Positions 21,405 through 30,470 of a stretch of DNA of 64,000 nucleotides are shown here, one piece after another. Location: positions 4,032,001 through 4,096,000 of the forward strand of contig CAXXLX010000001.1 in assembly GCA_963665235.2 (NCBI GenBank), read 5' to 3'. Within the stretch, counting starts at the first letter, position 1. Each line of letters starts with the position of its first letter. The DNA comes from Candidatus Poribacteria bacterium (GTDB lineage Bacteria > Poribacteria > WGA-4E > WGA-3G). The translations under genes were made by a program, and so were the position numbers. Under the pieces are notes generated by a model, which ran no database searches, was not told where the DNA came from, and saw only the letters and a program-made list of their open reading frames with translations.

Positions 21405-21809
21405 ATTAAAATTTCAACTCAGGCGCCGCTACTACATCCCCCAGCTAAAGCATGGGGGTTTTGTAGCGGAAGATTTGATAAGGTAATCGGTGGTGCCGCT
21501 TAGTGTTTCATCGTAAGTGATAGGCTCCCTTATATAGAGAACATAGTTATCGGCATATCTCTTGTAGACCTCTCTTAGAATGGGAAAGATTATCGCCTCA
21601 CATCTTGCTGCCTCAGACGATAAAACATGGATGTGTTGCAGACTGAACGCTAATTCTTGCATAAATTGTGGGGAGGGGTTTACTGCTTCAACCTTAAAAA
21701 AGTCGTTCGCTGCGTATTTAATCCCGAACTGTTCCTGAACTTGGGAGATTTTCTGGAAATCGCTAAACGCCATGAGCTCTACCTCCCCTACCTATTACAT
21801 TGTAGTTGA

Positions 21810-23324
21810 TTATGCGTATGACAACCGCTCAACCCTTTTCTCCAGAGGCTCCATCGCCTCAAGGATAGCTCCAATGAGTTGTGCCTTATTAGGCGCGTAA
21901 GCGGGATTATCCCAATGATTGACCCGTTCAGCCGGATCATCTTCTAAATCGTAGAGTTCGCCGTAGGGGTGTCCACAATACCAAGTCAACTTCCGGGTGG
22001 CGGTCACAATCGTTTTGAGCCGCAAACCGGTCGGGTCGTCCACACATTCAACCAACACCGAATCTCGGACGTTATCCTGTTTTCCGCTGAGCATCGGCAT
22101 TGCATCAACGCCATCTGTATCTGATGGAATCGGTAATCCCGCAGCCGCGAGAATTGTGGGGACAATATCAACGTGGCTGAACAACGCTTGTGCCCGCTGT
22201 CCGGGCGGAATAGCGGCAGGAAACCGTATCAGAGTCGGTACACGGACAAGCTGTTCATAATGGAACGGTCCCTTCATCCATAACCCGTGGTCGCCAAGCA
22301 GTTCACCGTGGTCGGTGGTAAACAGTACGAGTGTATTTTCGCTTAATCCGCGGGCATCGAGATATGCAAGAATGCGTCCCATCTGCTGATCTATAATTTT
22401 GACCATATTGTAATAGTATGCTCTACCCCATCGTGCGTCGTTTTCGGAAACTTTACGGAAATCGGCACCCCCGCCTTGTCCAGCCATGGCAAACCTGCCA
22501 CGGATTTTTGATTTGCTCAGTTGTCCACACCGTGCCTCCAGAAAATGCGGCGGTTTATCCGCCAATTCCCCCTCGACAAAATCGGGGAGTGGCACGTCCG
22601 CTGGGTCAACCCGTTCCTCAAATTCGGTTGGCACACAGTGCGGATGATGCGGGTCTTGAAAACCGACTGCCAATAGGAACGGCTGCTCAGCGGGGTGATT
22701 GGTCAAAAAGTCTATTGTGCGGTCCGCTGTCCAAACGCTATTGTGATATTTCAACGGAATATCCCAATCGTGCGCGCCGCCCCCAAATCCCATTGCCGAG
22801 AGACGTTTCGCTCTGCTGTAACGCGCAAACGTCTCTTCAGAAACCTGTGCCCGCACCCATTCACCGTAATGTCCCGCAATGCCGTAAGTTGCGTGCCCGA
22901 GTGCCAGCTCCACCGTCTCAAATCCGTAATAGGGGCCGTGAAAATCGGCATAACGCGCTGTATCACCTCTTGCTTCAACCGATTGCTCAGCAGATGCACC
23001 GAAGGGTTGGAAATGCGCTTTACCGATATAGTGTGTCCGATATCCGACCTCCGCAAGTCGATGTGAAATCATCGGCTCGTCTTCAGGAACGTTCATACCG
23101 ACGTTCCAAGCACCGTGGCGACTCACATATTTCCCCGAAAAGATTGAGGCACGGGCAGGTGTACACACCGGGTTTGTACAGTAAGCACGTTCTAAACAGA
23201 CCCCCTCAGACGCAAGTTTATCCAGATGTGGAGTATCTGTAAATGTTGAACCGTAGCAGCTGAGACTGTCTGTCCGCTGCTGATCGGTTGTGATGAGCAG
23301 TATATTGGGCCGTTGTGTGTTCAT
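21810..23324 (-). CDS. Cys-type sulfatase (S1 family)
   Basis: PNILLITTDQ, formylglycine motif CTPAR, GKAH, TTDHG. Confidence 0.93.
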   Translation of the reverse strand: MNTQRPNILLITTDQQRTDSLSCYGSTFTDTPHLDKLASEGVCLERAYCTNPVCTPARASIFSGKYVSRHGAWNVGMNVPEDEPMISHRLAEVGYRTHYIGKAHFQPFGASAEQSVEARGDTARYADFHGPYYGFETVELALGHATYGIAGHYGEWVRAQVSEETFARYSRAKRLSAMGFGGGAHDWDIPLKYHNSVWTADRTIDFLTNHPAEQPFLLAVGFQDPHHPHCVPTEFEERVDPADVPLPDFVEGELADKPPHFLEARCGQLSKSKIRGRFAMAGQGGGADFRKVSENDARWGRAYYYNMVKIIDQQMGRILAYLDARGLSENTLVLFTTDHGELLGDHGLWMKGPFHYEQLVRVPTLIRFPAAIPPGQRAQALFSHVDIVPTILAAAGLPIPSDTDGVDAMPMLSGKQDNVRDSVLVECVDDPTGLRLKTIVTATRKLTWYCGHPYGELYDLEDDPAERVNHWDNPAYAPNKAQLIGAILEAMEPLEKRVERLSYA

Positions 23325-23328
23325 CTCG

Positions 23329-23928
23329 TTAAGATTCCTGTATGGCTTTGAAGATAGCGTTCACTGCACCGAATAGGGTCGGCAAATTAGGCACAGTGAA
23401 ATGTGTGCTATTTTGGGTGAAGGTATCGCTAGTAAGCTGTCCAAATTCCCACAATTTTCCATCGGTAACAATACCGTACACAGGGAAATCGGGGTCATCA
23501 TTTATTTTTTGCGCCGCAACTAATTCCGCTAGACATTGTCCCCATCCCTGTTCAAAATCGTTCTTTTTCGCCTCAACTAACATGACGAGGGGTGTTCCGA
23601 CAACCGTTCTGCCTAATTCTGAACGTGTGGCAATAAGATAATCTGGCGTGCCACTCAAGGTCTCATCGTAGCGAATAGCTTTCTTAACCCACAGCCCATA
23701 GTTTTCAGCGTAACCTTTGTAAACCTCTCTTAAGATAGGAAAGATAACAATTTCACATCTGGCTCCCTCGGATGCGAAAACATCGATATATCGCTGATTG
23801 AACTCAAGTTCTTGCAGAAATTGTTCTGAAGGATTCATAGGCTCACTCCCGAAAAAGTCATGAGACGTATATTTGATTCTGAATTTTTCCTGAACTTCAG
23901 CAATTGTCTTGAAATCACTAGACACCAT
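23329..23928 (-). CDS. Hypothetical protein with PD-(D/E)xK-like motifs (HsdR N-terminal-like)
   Basis: PDYLI...LVEAKK...QC...YGIVTDG..WEF pattern. Confidence 0.75.
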   Translation of the reverse strand: MVSSDFKTIAEVQEKFRIKYTSHDFFGSEPMNPSEQFLQELEFNQRYIDVFASEGARCEIVIFPILREVYKGYAENYGLWVKKAIRYDETLSGTPDYLIATRSELGRTVVGTPLVMLVEAKKNDFEQGWGQCLAELVAAQKINDDPDFPVYGIVTDGKLWEFGQLTSDTFTQNSTHFTVPNLPTLFGAVNAIFKAIQES

Positions 23929-23983
23929 AAGTGCTGTCTCCTACGGTTTTGTACGGTGAAGAGCGTTAAAAACGAAGCGACTT

Positions 23984-24805
23984 CTATCCACAAAAAGATT
24001 TTAAATACGCATAACTCTGTTCCGCAGCGTCTTCAGGCTCCATGATTTCCCGAAACGCTTGATGCACCGTTACATACCCATCATAGCCAATTGCCTCCAA
24101 GCCGCGAAAGACTAACGGAAAATCTATACCGCCCTCATCTTGTAAACGAATCGGATCATGGGGTACTTCCCCTTGAATCCATGTGAAGAGACGCGTTTTT
24201 CCCTCCGGACGACGGATGTGATTCTGAAGATAAACGTTGAAAAGATAAGGCGAAAATCGTTTAAGCGTCTCAACACCGTAATCCTGCGCGCACAGATCAA
24301 GGTTGGCGGGTTCATAGATAATCCCGAAATTCTGTCTGCCGACACGCGCCAATATATCAACGGAACCGCCTACTGTTTCAAATAGACTCTGTGTATGCGA
24401 CTGATGCGCGAGACGAATCCCACGCTCCGCCGCCTCATCGGCTGCACGTTGTGCCCACGGAATATCCTCCTCAACCTTCATCGCAATACGGATGAGGTTC
24501 GACCCAAGGAGTTCGGTTAAATCGAGATACGGGGTTATATTACGGAGGCCATCCGGGCCCTGGTCGTTGTTGAGTGGCACCGGAAAATCTCCGGTGACCA
24601 TGGAGATGTTCAGGTTAAGCGAATCTGCCTGCTTACGCGCTGCGGTAATCTGTTCCAAAGGGGAATGGATACCGACCTGGGAGGCACGCATACAGACCGC
24701 CTCATAACCAAGGCTCGCCGCGAGTTCTGTGAGTTGAACGAAGGTGTGAGTCGCATCCCTTTTAGATGCCGTTTCTGCTACGCGTACGGAAAGTGAGAGT
24801 TTCAC
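23984..24805 (-). CDS. Sugar phosphate isomerase/epimerase (TIM barrel) family protein
   Basis: YEPAN, GGIDF...GYDGYVTV; GTG start at 24805 after GGAGG RBS; several usual metal ligands look substituted. Confidence 0.75.
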   Translation of the reverse strand: MKLSLSVRVAETASKRDATHTFVQLTELAASLGYEAVCMRASQVGIHSPLEQITAARKQADSLNLNISMVTGDFPVPLNNDQGPDGLRNITPYLDLTELLGSNLIRIAMKVEEDIPWAQRAADEAAERGIRLAHQSHTQSLFETVGGSVDILARVGRQNFGIIYEPANLDLCAQDYGVETLKRFSPYLFNVYLQNHIRRPEGKTRLFTWIQGEVPHDPIRLQDEGGIDFPLVFRGLEAIGYDGYVTVHQAFREIMEPEDAAEQSYAYLKSFCG

Positions 24806-24809
24806 TGTG

Positions 24810-25664
24810 TCAAAGCCTCCATAAAATATCGACAATTGAAAGTGCCATTAAGACTAAACTAATCGTCCCGTTCAAGGTAAAAAAGGCGAGATTGACGCGG
24901 GATAGGTCATTCGGTTTCACAATCGCATGTTCATAGATAAAAATAATTACAACAATCCCGACTCCGATGTAGTAAAAGATGCCCAATTGCGTAAGGTACG
25001 GGATGCCAAGCAGCAGCAATACCGCAACAACGTGTAACGCGGAGGATAGCCGTAATGCCCAACGGATACCAAGCCGCGCGGGGATAGAATGCAACCCATG
25101 ACTTTTGTCAAACTTGACATCCTGGCACGCGTAGATGATGTCAAACCCAGCTGTCCAAAGCATGACTACGCCGCAAAGAATTATAGGGGTCCAGTCAAAT
25201 CTCCCCTTAATTGCAATCCACGCTCCGACCGGCGAAATAGAGAGCGCGAACCCTAGCCAGAAATGGGAAAGTGCGGTAAAACGTTTGGTATACGAATATC
25301 CCATAACCACAGCAAGGGCAACTGGCGATAGCGCGAACGCAAGCGGATTTAACTGCCATGCAGCAAAAACTAATAATCCCGCGGAGACGAGGGTGAAAAT
25401 CCATACTGCCTCCTTCGTGATTAAGCCTGCGGGGATAGCTCGCATTGCGGTCCGGGGATTTCTGCTATCAATCTCCGCATCGGCGAGGCGGTTGAACGCC
25501 ATCGCACAGCTGCGCGCCCCTATCATCGCTACCAGAATCCAACCGAGTTTATGTAGTGCTGGAAGCCCTCCCGCAGCAATGAATGCACTCATCACCGCAA
25601 ACGGCAACGCAAACACGGTATGTTCAAATTTGATCATCTCCAAGATGATTTTGAGTTTTCGCAT
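24810..25664 (-). CDS. UbiA-like polyprenyltransferase (MqnP-like)
   Basis: IKFEHTVFALPF, FNRLADAEIDSRNPRT, YSYTKRFT, FDIIYACQD. Confidence 0.9.
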   Translation of the reverse strand: MRKLKIILEMIKFEHTVFALPFAVMSAFIAAGGLPALHKLGWILVAMIGARSCAMAFNRLADAEIDSRNPRTAMRAIPAGLITKEAVWIFTLVSAGLLVFAAWQLNPLAFALSPVALAVVMGYSYTKRFTALSHFWLGFALSISPVGAWIAIKGRFDWTPIILCGVVMLWTAGFDIIYACQDVKFDKSHGLHSIPARLGIRWALRLSSALHVVAVLLLLGIPYLTQLGIFYYIGVGIVVIIFIYEHAIVKPNDLSRVNLAFFTLNGTISLVLMALSIVDILWRL

Positions 25665-25671
25665 CAGCTGC

Positions 25672-26262
25672 CTATTCTTTCCACCGTTGAATCAACCCCG
25701 TATCTATACCAAACTGATCTAAGATTTTGGTGACAATAAAGTTAATCTGGTCATCTACTGTCTTTGGAAAATGATAAAAGCCCGGCATTGCAGGGAGAAC
25801 ACACACCCCGAGTCGTGAAAGCTTGAGCATATTTTCCAAATGGATGGCACTAAGGGGTGTTTCGCGCGGGACAATCACAAGCTTGCGGCGTTCTTTGATG
25901 CACACGTCCGCCGCTCGCTGGATAAGGTTACGGGAGATGCCCGCCGCGATAGAGGCAACAGTGCCCATGCTACACGGTACTACAATCATCCCCTCTGTCC
26001 GGAAAGAGCCGCTGGCAATTGATGCACCGATGTCGGATTCATGGTGGTAAACGATTTGCGGCGTATCAATACCGATGAGCGATTCCAACCGAAAATTATT
26101 GATGTCTACCTCGATTTGAAGTTCCTCCCATAGGGCACGCGCCCCTGATGTAGAAATCGTTAGATGTACCTCTATATCCGCCTGTTTCGCAAGGACTTCA
26201 AGGAGGCGTACGCCGTAGACGACTGCACTTGCCCCTGTTATGCCTATAATCAATCGCTTCAA
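25672..26262 (-). CDS. ubiX: Flavin prenyltransferase UbiX
   Basis: GITGAS, IASGS, PCSM, PRETP, PAMPGFY. Confidence 0.93.
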   Translation of the reverse strand: MKRLIIGITGASAVVYGVRLLEVLAKQADIEVHLTISTSGARALWEELQIEVDINNFRLESLIGIDTPQIVYHHESDIGASIASGSFRTEGMIVVPCSMGTVASIAAGISRNLIQRAADVCIKERRKLVIVPRETPLSAIHLENMLKLSRLGVCVLPAMPGFYHFPKTVDDQINFIVTKILDQFGIDTGLIQRWKE

Positions 26263-27531
26263 TTAATGGCCCTCCGAAGAAAAGGGTAAAAGGTTACCCG
26301 TTGTCCCAAACTGAAACGGTTGTGCTTCCCCGATAACCGCTATACTTGAATGTAGTTCCGCATCTTCAAGCAGGGATTCAGAGATATCGAGTTCTGTCAA
26401 TCTCAACGTACTTTCGATCCGAATCACCCGTGCATCCTCCGGTGCGGTAAGTCCGATAGTGTCCAGTGCGACCGTAATTGCTTCCCGGTCGGTATCGTAG
26501 TAAAACGGAATTTTTGATTTCTGGGGACCGAGCGCGGTGATACCGTTCATATAGGTTGCATGTCGGTCGATGTGGTTGACAAGCCGTGTTGTTGTGAAGT
26601 CGGCAAGGCCAATGCCTGTAGCGTTCCCATCGCTTTCTTCTGTGAGGTCACGCACGAATATACGGAGAATCGCCGGTTTGATAGGCTCCGGTTCAAAATT
26701 CTGCATCATTCTGCCGATAACGTTGGTATCCATGCCGGTGCCGCTGATATTTTTTCCTGTCCAGTCCACAATTAGGAGGTCAAGTTCATCGAACGGAAGT
26801 CGGCCCATCAGCGATTTTGCTTCAACTAACAGTTCACGTTCCGTTTGCAAGAGTTTTGCAGCAGGCATCGCCACAGCCTTGGCGGTCTGTTCATGTGCGT
26901 TTTCGAGGAGCCCTATGCCGAAGGCGATTTTCCCGGTGTCAAGCATGAACCCACCGACTGTAGTAATGACGTGTTCAAACCCGTACTGAAAAAATGCACG
27001 ATGATAGAGATTCGCTCCTGCCTGTTTGCCGAGCCCGATGACCATCATCTTCATCAAACCGCTCTCAATTGACCCATTGAAATCGGTATGCGCCTTAATC
27101 CGGTTAAGCGGGACGATGTGGTCTGCTTCTGAGGCGTAGCGGTCGAGAAAGACCGGCAGCCCCTCCGCTGTTTTGCCGAGTTGTACCACATCCATGGTCG
27201 CTTTTATCGGCGCGCCAACGGTCTCTTCGGTGATGCCGTAATGTTCCAGGACGGTGCGTTGTCCTTCGGGGGTTGCTCCGCCGTGGCTGCCCATAGCTGG
27301 AACTACAAAGGGTTTTGCCCCGATGGTCTTGAGAGCGTCTACGGTCGCTTTGACCGCTATGTCGACATTCGCAACGCCGCGACTGCCAGCGGTAATCGCG
27401 ACAGTCTCCCCGGGCCGCACAATAGCGGCGGCGTTAATCCGTTCTAATTCTGTCCGAATTGCTGTAGGCAGGTCATCAAGAACAGGTGCCTCAAACTGTT
27501 GTTGAATTCGTGCCATTTTTGGAAGTGCCAT
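26263..27531 (-). CDS. LarA-like (lactate racemase N-terminal domain / DUF2088) protein
   Basis: TAGSRG, PAMGSHGGAT, NRIKAHT, GLGKQ, KNISGTGMDTN; start moved to MALPK. Confidence 0.75.
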   Translation of the reverse strand: MALPKMARIQQQFEAPVLDDLPTAIRTELERINAAAIVRPGETVAITAGSRGVANVDIAVKATVDALKTIGAKPFVVPAMGSHGGATPEGQRTVLEHYGITEETVGAPIKATMDVVQLGKTAEGLPVFLDRYASEADHIVPLNRIKAHTDFNGSIESGLMKMMVIGLGKQAGANLYHRAFFQYGFEHVITTVGGFMLDTGKIAFGIGLLENAHEQTAKAVAMPAAKLLQTERELLVEAKSLMGRLPFDELDLLIVDWTGKNISGTGMDTNVIGRMMQNFEPEPIKPAILRIFVRDLTEESDGNATGIGLADFTTTRLVNHIDRHATYMNGITALGPQKSKIPFYYDTDREAITVALDTIGLTAPEDARVIRIESTLRLTELDISESLLEDAELHSSIAVIGEAQPFQFGTTGNLLPFSSEGH

Positions 27532-28123
27532 CTGTTTCCATCCTTTTCTCTGATTTACACAAACTTTATAGGCAATTTTACCAGAAATGGAATAGAAAAG
27601 CAAGAAAATTTTGATTGAATCGTCTCCGCTTGGCGAGGTGAATTTAACAGACTTCCCACGTTTCAAAAATTTGAAACCTTGTAGGCAAAACAAACGTAAT
27701 TCAAGATAGTTGAGAATATTATACACGTGTGACATAACATTTCAAGAAAATGAACAAGTTTTTACCGCACGGGGGAATTGATAATGCAAAACCGATGTCC
27801 GAACACCACATTTGAGACTGTCATTGCTGCTGCCCCTTGTTTCCTGCGCAGGAATAGGATGAGTTTGCGCGTGCTATCTCCGCTGTGTTTTAGCTATCAG
27901 CTAACCCCCCCCCCGCTTCACAATCGTTAATTATTTCAGTTTACAAAGTTATATCGCGGGCATTAGCCGCTGCGATATCTTCGCGCCCGGACAGGCACTT
28001 CGTTTCACACGCCGTGTCCCGGGCTTTTATCGTTGCAGAGGAGCACACTTCAGAGCGTGTTGTTCTTAGCGCAAAAGCGTATTGTGTACAACGATAAGCT
28101 ATGACAGAATAACAGAATCTTCA

Positions 28124-28152
28124 TTGACATTTTACAAAGGACATGTTATCAT
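28124..28152 (+). promoter_or_regulatory. Sigma70-type promoter with extended -10
   Basis: TTGACA-17 bp-TATCAT with TG at the extended -10 position. Confidence 0.65.
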
Positions 28153-28380
28153 TTGTGAAAGTGCTGTTCATGACACACCTAACAGTGTGTTCCAAGTCTA
28201 TATCCACTTCGGTGCCAGCGCAATACGCGGCAGCCCTCGGAGAAGTGGAAAGGGAATGCACCCGAATATAGCCAGATGCTGTCCAGCATCTGGCAGGAAT
28301 AGTAGTTACAAATGCACATTTCGCCTTTACAAACTTAACACCCTAGCCTGGGTACGTCTTAACCCAAAGAGAGGTGAGAG

Positions 28381-28575
28381 ATGAACAGCAGTAAACTATC
28401 CCGATTGAAGCAGACAGCCGGGTATCGGAGGTGCTGCGCTATAATCAGCGTGAGTCTCATTATTGCGGTGATACTCATTGGAACATTCAAGGTAATCAAT
28501 GGGAACAGCAACACGGATGGTTTCCGTATTCCCTGCGGTCCCGCGATACCCCCTTGTACATTAACAACACGTTAA
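28381..28575 (+). CDS. Small single-TM or secreted peptide
   Basis: GAGGTG RBS; basic N-terminus, hydrophobic helix, C-terminal CGPAIPPC. Confidence 0.55.
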   Translation: MNSSKLSRLKQTAGYRRCCAIISVSLIIAVILIGTFKVINGNSNTDGFRIPCGPAIPPCTLTTR

Positions 28576-28671
28576 TAAACGAATGTTGAATAGCACGCTA
28601 CATGCCGAGCATGTGTTGCATAATCAGTCCTCTATCTTCGCATCACAGCCAAAGAAAGGAGACTATTTCTC

Positions 28672-29520
28672 ATGAGAAATAAAATGAGATGGGGGTTAGC
28701 AGCCCTTATTTTCTTACTAATCGGTGCGACACTCTTTGTGTCCCTCAAGAACCGCTCGGAAAACCGGCAGGTTGAAACGGATTTGAAGGAAGCCAAAGAA
28801 CTGCGTCAGCAGAACAAGGAACAACCGAAAGAAATCGCCAAGGAGCAACCGAAAGAAAATGCCCCTGGCACTCCGCCCCCTGTGCATGGCCACGCGGATG
28901 ACACCGTCCACGAAGACGAACAGCACATTGTGAAAGATACGGAACCGCAAATAGCATCCAAAGACTACGAACCCATACAGGTAGAGATACCCGAAGGTAT
29001 TACAGACCCGGAGGTGCTGGCTGCCTGGGAACGGGTGCAGTATATCGCAAACAATATATGGGAGTGGGGGGGCGTGCCATCCGCCGAAACTGAAGCATTG
29101 ATAAATCAACTGATGCCACCCCCTAACGGCTTTTCGGGACCTACTGGACATAGCGATGCTGAAGAGACAATAGACCTATTAGGTAGCCTAGATCGGAACG
29201 ACCCACGCTCCGCAGCAGTTATGGCAACTTATCTCTGTGAAGGTCTTGTCGGCGGCCTGGGACCGAAAATGGGGTTGGTAGAGATGGGTGTGCCTGCTGT
29301 GCCATACCTCATCCCCTATATGCTTGACATGGAGCTGATGCCGGTATTACGTAGTAGAGCACTTGAGGTATTATGTCGGATTGCTGAAAAGCATCGTGAA
29401 GAGTTAGGCGGTATTGTGGAACATATCCTCATCCCCCGACTGGAAGCCATCCTGTCGGAGGAAAAACCTGATTATTTTGAAGAAAAAGACGCGAAAGAGT
29501 ACCTTCCGCGTCTGAAATAA
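28672..29520 (+). CDS. Membrane-anchored or secreted hypothetical protein with HEAT-like C-terminus
   Basis: AAGGAG RBS; N-terminal TM; His-rich linker HGHADDTVHE; LVEMGVPAVPYLI HEAT/PBS-like motif. Confidence 0.75.
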   Translation: MRNKMRWGLAALIFLLIGATLFVSLKNRSENRQVETDLKEAKELRQQNKEQPKEIAKEQPKENAPGTPPPVHGHADDTVHEDEQHIVKDTEPQIASKDYEPIQVEIPEGITDPEVLAAWERVQYIANNIWEWGGVPSAETEALINQLMPPPNGFSGPTGHSDAEETIDLLGSLDRNDPRSAAVMATYLCEGLVGGLGPKMGLVEMGVPAVPYLIPYMLDMELMPVLRSRALEVLCRIAEKHREELGGIVEHILIPRLEAILSEEKPDYFEEKDAKEYLPRLK

Positions 29521-29550
29521 CCGAAACCTCTCTAATAGAGGAGATGACTC

Positions 29551-30201
29551 ATGAAAGCTAAATCTATTTTTTTGATTTTATTGCTACTGATATGTGCGTT
29601 TATTCCGTTTCAGAGTGGGGTGTCAACGTCTTTGAAATCGTATGAGGTACCCGTTGTCATTGTTACGCCGTGTATTCAGTGGGGTGCTTGGAAAGTCGGA
29701 CAAAGTGAGGGGGTTGGTGATACCCCTAAAGAAGAAACGACTTTTATTACGAACTCTGAAAAAACGTGCTGTGTAGAAGTTTCTGTGAAGTATTGTGAAA
29801 ATCAACCTACGTATGCCTACGAGATCACAGATTTTAAATTTGAGATTACAATGAACAACGGGTTCAAAGTCGTATCATTGCAGGCCTCCTGTTCTGTCAC
29901 CAATTCGCGCGGGGATACCTGCACGGTGAGTAGTTTCTATGCATGTGCGTCGCATACACACCAATATCCCATCCGGTGTGCGCGCAGCGCGTGTGCACAA
30001 ATTGTAAGCACTCGGTTGGCACACCGCATCGATTGCAGCAATTGTGGCGGGTATTACTGGACCTGTATTTCAGGAGCGACACACAACCACACGACGGTCT
30101 TCACGTGTAAGCGTCCTGGGTGTGGCGTGTCCTTCACGTCCTGTAGCAACGGGACCTGCACCAGTAACTGGGGTACGCATCCGTGGCATTGGGCACAGTA
30201 G
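29551..30201 (+). CDS. Secreted Cys/His-rich protein
   Basis: Signal peptide; 17 Cys; C-terminal Cys/His clusters. Confidence 0.75.
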   Translation: MKAKSIFLILLLLICAFIPFQSGVSTSLKSYEVPVVIVTPCIQWGAWKVGQSEGVGDTPKEETTFITNSEKTCCVEVSVKYCENQPTYAYEITDFKFEITMNNGFKVVSLQASCSVTNSRGDTCTVSSFYACASHTHQYPIRCARSACAQIVSTRLAHRIDCSNCGGYYWTCISGATHNHTTVFTCKRPGCGVSFTSCSNGTCTSNWGTHPWHWAQ

Positions 30202-30227
30202 TAGCAGAACGCTCAACTTTGAACGCA

Positions 30228-30270
30228 AAAGGCAGGTATCCAATTTTTGTGGAACCTGCCTTTCTCTTTA
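30228..30270 (+). terminator. Probable intrinsic terminator
   Basis: AAAGGCAGGT...ACCTGCCTTT stem followed by pyrimidines. Confidence 0.55.
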
Positions 30271-30470
30271 GACACATTTCACACCCCGCCTCCTCGTTAC
30301 CTCCTTTCGCCTCCCCCCATCCTCTTGGAAAACCAGAAGGGCAGTCCGTTTATAGAAGTTTTACACGCCTATAAAAAATAAAGTTTGGACATGCAAGATA
30401 AAGTGTGTTAAAATTAGCATCAAACCTATGTTAAGGTACGTTTGAATCTTTCTTTGCTGGACAGAAGAGG

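Larger units (their letters stand above)
20066..21477 (-). mobile_element. IS200/IS605-family element, tnpB-only (IS1341-like), 1412 bp
   Basis: Inserted 3' of TTAT with no target duplication; right end ...GTCAA; same subterminal hairpin CCCCCAGCTAAAGCA(A/T)GGGGG at both ends; no tnpA. Confidence 0.9.
19744..21773 (-). pseudogene. PD-(D/E)xK-like hypothetical gene interrupted by an IS200/IS605 element
   Basis: 5' half (21478-21773) and 3' half (19744-20065) rejoin in frame as ...TDYLISTKSELGITVVGTPLIMLVEAKK..., colinear with the intact paralog at 23329-23928. Confidence 0.88.

Noticed and set aside
20066-21477. IStron (group I intron-IS chimera) that could splice out and rescue the host gene
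   Set aside because: Only ~190 bp lie between the left end and tnpB, mostly promoter and hairpins; no group I core is recognisable
28205-28300. Cobalamin riboswitch (GGTGC...AAAGGGAATGC)
   Set aside because: The following GGTG.AA.TCC, GCCACTG and B12-box elements are missing
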